Shown piece after piece: positions 8,201 through 13,267 of a stretch of 14,707 nucleotides of DNA. The position numbers were made by a program, and so were the translations under genes. Source of the stretch: a virus; the IMG/VR virus record IMGVR_UViG_3300009470_000034; one strand, written 5' to 3'. How positions within the stretch are numbered: position 1 is the first letter of the stretch; each line of letters begins with the position of its first letter. The notes below the pieces were generated by a model, which ran no database searches, had not been told where the DNA came from, and was given only the letters and a program-made list of their open reading frames with translations.

Positions 8201-8710
8201 ATGGCAAATCCAACAACGAACTTCGGCTGGGTCATGCCGGCTGCGACGGACTTGGTTACGGATCTCCCGGCGGATTTCGATGTCTTTGGTCAGGCCGTAG
8301 ACACCGATTTCGTCGGACTCTTAGGCGGTACGACCGGGCAGGTTCTCTCTAAGACTTCGGGAACAGATTTAGATTTTACATGGATCGAACAGGATGACAC
8401 GACGCTATCCTTCAACGCTCAAACCGGAACGACTTATACTTTAGTCGCCGCAGATTTAGGCAAGCTTGTAACTACCTCAAATGCTTCGGCCGTAACAGTA
8501 ACCATTCCACCATCAATCTTCGCGGCAGGAAATCAAATAAATATCCAATCTATCGGAGCAGGTCTTACGACTTTCGCCGCCGGAGCAGGTGTAACTATTA
8601 CCTCAACAGGCGCGGCTTCGGCAGCTCCTATTCTTAGAGCACAGTATTCGGCCTGCACAGTTATCTGTACCGCTTCCAATGTCTTTACAGTTATCGGAGA
8701 CATTTCGTAA
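8201..8710 (+). CDS. minor tail protein / tail fibre
   Basis: I prefer ATG 8201 (AGGAG at 8190..8194) to the track start at 8135, which lies inside the upstream gene. The N-terminus MANPTTNFGWVMPAATDLV and the GQVLSKTSGTDLDFTW motif recur in actinophage minor tail/fibre proteins as I recall them. Confidence 0.6.
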   Translation: MANPTTNFGWVMPAATDLVTDLPADFDVFGQAVDTDFVGLLGGTTGQVLSKTSGTDLDFTWIEQDDTTLSFNAQTGTTYTLVAADLGKLVTTSNASAVTVTIPPSIFAAGNQINIQSIGAGLTTFAAGAGVTITSTGAASAAPILRAQYSACTVICTASNVFTVIGDIS

Positions 8711-9723
8711 TGAGTCCAATTCTAGGAATTATTGCCAGCAGTAAAAAAGGATTCACTCAAACTGGCGATATTTTCGTTGCGATGGACAACTCTCCATATA
8801 TTCAAGCCTACCAATTTGGAGCGGGCTTTGGCACGAAATATACTAATCCTGCAACTCTTCCCACAGGCGTAGTCCATGAGATAGCTTTAAATGCGACAAA
8901 TACAAATGTCGCGGTTTCGATGACTTCTTCTCCGGGCGTTCAGGTTTATCCGTGGTCAGCAGGTTTTGGCACTAAATACGCTAACCCTGCCACCCTACCA
9001 ACAGTCGAATGTCGATGTGTTGCGTGGAATCCCGCAGGAACGGCTATTTCCGTGGGTGATGATGGCGGGGCAAACCAATCAACTTATGCGTGGTCAGCAG
9101 GTTTTGGAAGTAAATACAGTAACCCACCTTCTTATCCTGGAAATAAAACTTACGGAGTAACTTGGAATCCTGCTGGAACAGTTTGGGCTATGGCAACACA
9201 TCTAAGCCCTAGAATTCAAGCTTATGCGTGGTCTTCTGGTTTCGGAACTAAATACGCCAATCCTGCGACCCTGCCCACGAATGCGACTTACAGCGTTGAA
9301 TTTAATCCAGCAGGAACAGTCATCGCTTGCACAGAGGATCCTTCGCCTTATGTTTTGACTTATCCGTGGTCATCGGGCTTTGGCACGAAATACGCAAACC
9401 CAGCGACGCTACCTGCTTCAACGGGAAACGATGTAACTTTCAGTCCTGACGGAACGACAATCGCAATAGCCCATCAAGGATCGCCATATGTAAGTGCTTA
9501 TCCGTTTTCATCAGGCTTCGGAACTAAATACGCTGATCCTGCGACGCTACCAAGCACCAACGCGCTTTCCATCGATTTCGATTCTTTGGGAACAAGTGTC
9601 GCCGTCGCTCACACCGCGACGCCTTATGTAACAGTCTATCCGTGGTCATCGGGCTTCGGGACAAAGTATGCCAATCCAGATACTCTACCAACTGGCGTAA
9701 GCCGCTCGGTAGTCTTAACTTAA
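8710..9723 (+). CDS. seven-bladed beta-propeller repeat protein, probable receptor-binding tail protein
   Basis: Seven 46-aa repeats share the core (W/F)(S/G)(S/A)GFG(T/S)KY(A/T/S)(N/D)P..LP and blade-like segments (VTFSPDGTTIAIAH, VEFNPAGTVIACT). The N-terminal GDIFVAMDN aligns with the missing last strand of the C-terminal partial repeat. It is the last gene of the tail module. Confidence 0.7.
   Translation: MSPILGIIASSKKGFTQTGDIFVAMDNSPYIQAYQFGAGFGTKYTNPATLPTGVVHEIALNATNTNVAVSMTSSPGVQVYPWSAGFGTKYANPATLPTVECRCVAWNPAGTAISVGDDGGANQSTYAWSAGFGSKYSNPPSYPGNKTYGVTWNPAGTVWAMATHLSPRIQAYAWSSGFGTKYANPATLPTNATYSVEFNPAGTVIACTEDPSPYVLTYPWSSGFGTKYANPATLPASTGNDVTFSPDGTTIAIAHQGSPYVSAYPFSSGFGTKYADPATLPSTNALSIDFDSLGTSVAVAHTATPYVTVYPWSSGFGTKYANPDTLPTGVSRSVVLT
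8791..9723 (+). repeat. in-frame tandem coding repeat, 6.8 units of exactly 138 bp
   Basis: The conserved W/F codon of the core sits at 8815, 8953, 9091, 9229, 9367, 9505 and 9643, every interval exactly 138 nt. Copies differ at many synonymous positions. Confidence 0.85.
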
Positions 9724-9739
9724 AAAGAAAAGGAAAAAA

Positions 9740-10030
9740 ATGCCAAATGAAATTCAATTAACGCCAAAAGAAATTCGCCAACTCGAGGTAGATACTTATT
9801 CGTTGAATGTTGCTAATTATGAAGCATTATTGGCAACACTTGACGGCAACTGGGATAAAGACTTAATACACTTGAAAGGTGTCGAAGGTCAGGAAGCCGC
9901 TCGCCAATGCCCTATGGATCGTTTAGAGCGGCTCGCAGTTTTACAACAGTTCGACCAAGTAACTAATCTTCTAAAAACCGAAATTGTGGAACGCGCAAAA
10001 GCGGCGGCAATTCTAAACATCTTAAAATAA
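9740..10030 (+). CDS. hypothetical protein (96 aa, helical; low-GC orphan)
   Basis: A-rich RBS region (aaaaggaaaaaaATG). The ORF fills the gap between the tail and lysis genes. It is visibly more AT-rich than its neighbours. No motif recognised. Confidence 0.5.
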   Translation: MPNEIQLTPKEIRQLEVDTYSLNVANYEALLATLDGNWDKDLIHLKGVEGQEAARQCPMDRLERLAVLQQFDQVTNLLKTEIVERAKAAAILNILK

Positions 10031-10527
10031 TGATTAAAGACAATCTGATCGCTCTAGCACTAGATGAAGTCGGATACACCGAAGGCCGTCGCAACGATAA
10101 CAAGTTTGCAGAGATGGCTGGCCACGCTAACCATCAGCCGTGGTGCATGACTTATCTGGTCGCGATGTTTAAGGCGGCCGGAATAGGTAAGGCGATTCCT
10201 AATTCTGCCAGCGTCGAATTCGTCGAACGGTGGGCTGTTAAAAATAAGCGGATCCGGCCAACGCTAAAGGCTAAGAAGGGCGATCTCATAGTCATGGACT
10301 TTGATAATTCAGGCAAAGGCCAGCACATCGGACTTGCGATCCATAAGCTAAATGTCGAGCGGAAAGTAATCCACACCATCGAGGGAAATACTGGCAACGG
10401 ATCAGAGACCAACGGCGATAGCGTAGCGCTAAAGACTAGATCGACCACAATCATTCGGTGCGTTATTCGGCCGAAGTATCCAAAACAACCGGGAGCAGAA
10501 ACCGAGGCAACAAATGGAAAAACTTAA
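10030..10527 (+). CDS. CHAP-domain peptidoglycan hydrolase (endolysin)
   Basis: CHAP-like triad context: NHQPWCMTYLV (Cys), GDLIVMDF..GQHIGLA (His) and HTIEGNTG (Asn/Glu). It sits directly upstream of a holin-like gene. Confidence 0.8.
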   Translation: MIKDNLIALALDEVGYTEGRRNDNKFAEMAGHANHQPWCMTYLVAMFKAAGIGKAIPNSASVEFVERWAVKNKRIRPTLKAKKGDLIVMDFDNSGKGQHIGLAIHKLNVERKVIHTIEGNTGNGSETNGDSVALKTRSTTIIRCVIRPKYPKQPGAETEATNGKT

Positions 10528-10696
10528 ACCACTACTGGCATCATGGGGCAGATCATTCTTAGCCGCTTCCATCGCCTGCTACCTAGCCGGAGTTACAGAT
10601 CCAAAGGCTCTACTGACTGCCGGGATAGCCGCCGTCTTGCCTGTGATCCTTCGCTGGCTAAATCCTAAAGATTCAGCATTTGGGATAAATAAGTAA
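10514..10696 (+). CDS. holin (two predicted transmembrane helices)
   Basis: 60 aa with hydrophobic segments SFLAASIACYLAGV and LLTAGIAAVLPVILRWL and a charged C-terminus. It overlaps the endolysin 3' end. Confidence 0.6.
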   Translation: MEKLKPLLASWGRSFLAASIACYLAGVTDPKALLTAGIAAVLPVILRWLNPKDSAFGINK

Positions 10697-10891
10697 ATGA
10701 ACCAAGCCGAATGGATCGCGCTAATTATCTGCCTAATCGCCGTGACTGGCGCGGTCTATTCGTCCATGCGATTTATGGTCAAAGCCATCATGACAGAGCT
10801 CTCGCCCAACGGCGGATCATCGCTAAAGGATCAGGTTAATCGGATAGAAAACCGAGTCGATCTGATACTGGAGAGCCTTATTAAGAAATAG
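10697..10891 (+). CDS. small membrane protein of the lysis cassette (N-terminal TM helix plus helical tail)
   Basis: 64 aa. Its start abuts the holin stop (TAAATG). TM segment WIALIICLIAVTGAVYS, then PNGGSSLKDQVNRIENRVDLILESL. Confidence 0.5.
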   Translation: MNQAEWIALIICLIAVTGAVYSSMRFMVKAIMTELSPNGGSSLKDQVNRIENRVDLILESLIKK

Positions 10892-10919
10892 ACACGCCGA
10901 AGGCGGTTCTTGACCAATG

Positions 10920-10948
10920 TCGGCGGTAGGTGCGACCCTATTCCTGAG
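10920..10948 (+). promoter_or_regulatory. intergenic motif copy B (TCGGCGGTAGGTGCGACCCTATTCCTGAG)
   Basis: Located in the longest spacer (10892..10978). It shares the exact 8-mer TAGGTGCG plus flanking TCGGC / CCC / TATT / GAG with 2884..2914. As RNA it can fold as GGUAGG-ugcgac-CCUAUU. Confidence 0.3.
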
Positions 10949-10978
10949 AGCACAGACAAGGTTCTCACGGGAGCAAAA

Positions 10979-11134
10979 ATGAGCACTACACTAACAATCC
11001 AGATCCTTATCTACATGGCGATAGTGGCCTTCGGATGCGGCGTTTATGGCTATCGAGGCGGATACAGAGACGGCTATGCCAACGGCAAGCGCGTCGGTCG
11101 CTTTCAATCCTACAAAAATGATGTGAACCAATGA
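10979..11134 (+). CDS. small membrane protein (51 aa) with Gly/Tyr/Arg-rich tail
   Basis: I prefer ATG 10979, preceded by GGGAGCAAAAATG. That RBS-spacer string is identical to the one at 4381..4393. The track start at 10910 is a TTG with no RBS. TM segment ILIYMAIVAFGCGVYGY. Confidence 0.45.
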   Translation: MSTTLTIQILIYMAIVAFGCGVYGYRGGYRDGYANGKRVGRFQSYKNDVNQ

Positions 11135-11703
11135 GCTTCGATCTGTCCAATTATGAGGATGTAAATTCTCGGATCAAACGCTTTAGGGCAGAATTCCCAT
11201 CCGGGCGCTTAATTGCCTACATCGAGGACATCGACATCGTTAAAGGCTACATTCTAATGAAGGCCGAGGCTTATCGGACATCCGAGGATCTAACTCCGGC
11301 CGCCGTAGATTACGCCTTCGAGATCCGAACAGATCGCGGCGTGAACGCTCTTAACTGGGTCGAAAATTGCACTACTTCGGTCTATGGGCGAGTGATCGGC
11401 CTGCTAACTCCGGGCGAGGCTAATCGCGCAACTCGGCAAGATATGGAGAAGGTCGCAGATTCGACTAATGTCATCAAGCCACCGATGTGGTTCCCGAATG
11501 AGGGCGATTTAACAGCTAACTGGGGCGATGAGAGCTCTCCTAGATGCGAGCATGGAAATCGAATGCTCCGAGAAGGTATCAGCGAGAAAACTGGGAAGGC
11601 ATTCCACGGCTGGGTCTGCACAGTTAAGGATCGCGATCAACAATGCAAGGCGATCTGGTATGAGCAGGACATAAACACGGGCAAATGGGAAGCTCCAGAA
11701 TGA
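11131..11703 (+). CDS. putative DNA-binding protein with C-terminal CxH...C...C zinc ribbon
   Basis: 190 aa with an ATGA overlap to the upstream gene. The C-terminus CEHGNRMLREGISEKTGKAFHGWVCTVKDRDQQC looks like a topoisomerase-type zinc ribbon. The N-terminal domain (NYEDVNSRIKRFRAEFPSG...VENCTTSVYGRVIGLL) resembles a conserved phage protein family that I cannot name with certainty. Confidence 0.45.
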   Translation: MSFDLSNYEDVNSRIKRFRAEFPSGRLIAYIEDIDIVKGYILMKAEAYRTSEDLTPAAVDYAFEIRTDRGVNALNWVENCTTSVYGRVIGLLTPGEANRATRQDMEKVADSTNVIKPPMWFPNEGDLTANWGDESSPRCEHGNRMLREGISEKTGKAFHGWVCTVKDRDQQCKAIWYEQDINTGKWEAPE

Positions 11704-11867
11704 GCCACGCGGAAATCTTTCGACCCGATGGCACTTACATGAAGTTTCTAGATAACGGAGTCATCACCGGAAAATGGTCGCATTGTGATAAGTGCCTAAA
11801 GCCTGCTCCTATGGCAGAGCTTCGAGATATTGCCGATCTTATGTGGCTCTGTCAGGAATGCCGATGA
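11700..11867 (+). CDS. small zinc-ribbon protein (55 aa, CxxC-N24-CxxC)
   Basis: ATG 11700 overlaps the upstream stop (ATGA). Sequence MSHAEIFRPDG...HCDKC...LCQEC. Confidence 0.5.
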   Translation: MSHAEIFRPDGTYMKFLDNGVITGKWSHCDKCLKPAPMAELRDIADLMWLCQECR

Positions 11868-12352
11868 TCCTAATTAGCGAGGATGTAGAGATCGACTGCC
11901 ATAAAGCGGCAACACTCAAATTCGCAAGAGCTAATGGCAATCTCGGGCGAACTCCACGCTATAACACCGCGCTAAATATCCATGAGCGAATCAGCGAATA
12001 CGCCGAATCTCTAGCGAGTGAGCTAGTAGTGGCCAGAGAGCTAGGCATCGATTATGATCTTAATTATGACGGATTTAAGCAATTCGCAGATGTCGGATCT
12101 AATATCGAGGTTCGCTGGACTCGCTGGAATCTTGGCCATCTAATCGTTTATCCAACAGATCGCGAGGATGATATTGCCATCTTAGTTTGTGGAAAATCGC
12201 CCAATTATCGCATCGCTGGCTGGATCCCGATCAAGGTCGCACGCTCTAATCGATATAAGCATTCATCCCAGAATTCATGGTGGGTCGATCAATATAATCT
12301 CCATCCATTATCGGAGTTATATGAGAGCTCTCATGGCATCGCGCAAGCATAG
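11864..12352 (+). CDS. putative PD-(D/E)XK-like nuclease-fold protein
   Basis: Start at ATG 11864 (ATGA overlap) or ATG 11858. Motif arrangement: ESLASELVVARELG ... ADVGSNIEVRWT ... DDIAILVCG..YRIAGWI. This gives an E...D-x5-E-x-R/K spacing, but the assignment rests on pattern only. Confidence 0.4.
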   Translation: MILISEDVEIDCHKAATLKFARANGNLGRTPRYNTALNIHERISEYAESLASELVVARELGIDYDLNYDGFKQFADVGSNIEVRWTRWNLGHLIVYPTDREDDIAILVCGKSPNYRIAGWIPIKVARSNRYKHSSQNSWWVDQYNLHPLSELYESSHGIAQA

Positions 12353-12488
12353 ATGCCGGATCTGTAAAGCGGTCATGGAGCACATGATCGTAAAGGTTAC
12401 AGATAACCTGCCGCCGAATGTCGAGGTCTTGGAATGTATGGGATGCGGCGTTCTAGGTGTTGAGCTGATACAGGTAGCTAGTGAGTAA
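12333..12488 (+). CDS. small zinc-ribbon protein (51 aa, CxxC-N22-CxxC)
   Basis: Distal part of track ORF 12189..12488. ATG 12333 (or 12321) gives MASRKHRCRICKAV...ECMGCGV. The upstream part of that ORF overlaps the previous gene out of frame. Confidence 0.45.
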   Translation: MASRKHRCRICKAVMEHMIVKVTDNLPPNVEVLECMGCGVLGVELIQVASE

Positions 12489-12491
12489 TAC

Positions 12492-12513
12492 TTATCCACA
12501 GGAGTTATCCACA
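12492..12513 (+). promoter_or_regulatory. two perfect direct DnaA-box 9-mers TTATCCACA (12492..12500, 12505..12513); candidate replication origin or DnaA-controlled operator
   Basis: Read directly: cTTATCCACAggagTTATCCACAgatagcc, beginning 4 nt after the stop of the preceding gene. Both copies extend to the 10-mer TTATCCACAG. Confidence 0.55.
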
Positions 12514-12567
12514 GATAGCCCTAGCCTGTGGGACTCGCTCAAGGCCACGCTCATCTATTGCCTATCC

Positions 12568-12984
12568 TTGACAGAGCCATTACGATTCACTCTCGCTAGC
12601 GAGCCGCTGGGGCGGATAGCTCGCAGGCGACGATTGATCGCTGTAGGGGCGCTTTATGTAATTAGCATTACATCGGCTCCGATAGCTGAAGCTGTTAATA
12701 AAACTCATCCCGAGATAGCTATTCTCAAGATCTACACACATCAAAGACTCGGTGATCTCAAGCAATTAAACTGCATCGATAAGCTCTGGATGAAAGAATC
12801 TAGGTGGAACTCCAAAGCGAATAACAAGAAATCAACAGCCTTCGGCATTCCGCAGATACTCGGTCTAAAGACTAAGGATCCTTACAAGCAGATCGAACGA
12901 GGGCTTGAATATATAAGCTATCGTTACGGGACTCCATGCAAGGCTTGGAAGTTCTGGAAGGTGGCGATTCCTCATCACTACTAG
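12568..12984 (+). CDS. secreted lytic-transglycosylase-like (SLT / Apf C-terminal-like) cell-wall protein; start uncertain (frame open from GTG 12481; TTG 12568 and CTG 12607 are alternatives)
   Basis: Signal-peptide-like ARRRRLIAVGALYVISITSAPIAEA, then CIDKLWMKESRWNSKANNKKSTAFGIPQ...YISYRYGTPCKAWKFW...HHY. This matches the ES..N...S.A.G..Q ... RYG.PC.AW pattern common in actinobacterial secreted transglycosylase-like proteins. Confidence 0.65.
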   Translation: MTEPLRFTLASEPLGRIARRRRLIAVGALYVISITSAPIAEAVNKTHPEIAILKIYTHQRLGDLKQLNCIDKLWMKESRWNSKANNKKSTAFGIPQILGLKTKDPYKQIERGLEYISYRYGTPCKAWKFWKVAIPHHY

Positions 12985-12991
12985 AGGCAAG

Positions 12992-13267
12992 ATCTATGGC
13001 GGATCGTGGCGCAAGATAAGGCGCTACATCCTTTCTCGCGATGGCTTCACTTGTGCCTACTGCCTAGCGCCTGCCACGACTGTGGATCATATAATTCCGG
13101 TCGCTAAAGGCGGCTCGAATGACTACTCCAACCTCTGTGCCGCCTGTGTATCGTGTAACTCATCTAAACAGGACAAGCCGGGCGGCGTTTTTTGGAAGCC
13201 GCGTTCCACCGCCAGGCTATCCCGCGAAATCCTTTCACCACAAAACGAATCGATAAGTTATGACTAA
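12992..13267 (+). CDS. HNH endonuclease (terminase-associated); 5' end unresolved because no canonical in-frame start precedes the conserved N-terminus
   Basis: The frame reads YGGSWRKIRRYILSRDGFTCAYCLAPATTVDHIIPVAKGGSNDYSNLCAACVSCNSSK, i.e. CxxC...DH...N...CxxC. The track start, GTG 13082, would remove the first CxxC. The stop overlaps the terL start (ATGACTAA). Confidence 0.7.
   Translation: MYGGSWRKIRRYILSRDGFTCAYCLAPATTVDHIIPVAKGGSNDYSNLCAACVSCNSSKQDKPGGVFWKPRSTARLSREILSPQNESISYD

Noticed and set aside
8791-9723. A regular 138-bp repeat array as a CRISPR-like or non-coding satellite array, or as a DGR variable region
   Set aside because: The repeats are in frame within one long ORF, have no spacer/repeat architecture and diverge mainly at synonymous sites. 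No reverse transcriptase or template repeat exists in the genome.
10895-10910. Intrinsic terminator after the lysis cassette (CGCC-gaa-GGCG followed by TTCTT)
   Set aside because: The stem is only 4 bp with a 3-nt loop and a poor U-tract, which is too weak to call.
10910-10978. TTG start at 10910 for the 74-aa ORF, and TTGACC at 10910..10915 as a sigma70 -35 box
   Set aside because: There is no RBS before the TTG, whereas ATG 10979 has the GGGAGCAAAAATG context also used at 4381. There is no -10-like hexamer at 16-18 bp spacing from TTGACC.
12189-12332. The full-length 99-aa ORF 12189..12488, and 11792 as the start of the nuclease-like ORF
   Set aside because: The 5' parts overlap neighbouring genes out of frame. 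Internal ATGs at stop/start overlaps (11864, 12333) give compact coupled genes with sensible Zn-ribbon or N-terminal sequences.
13082-13267. GTG 13082 as the true HNH start (as in the ORF track)
   Set aside because: It would remove the conserved upstream GSWRKIRR...CAYC segment, which is clearly encoded in the same open frame. It is kept only as a fallback.
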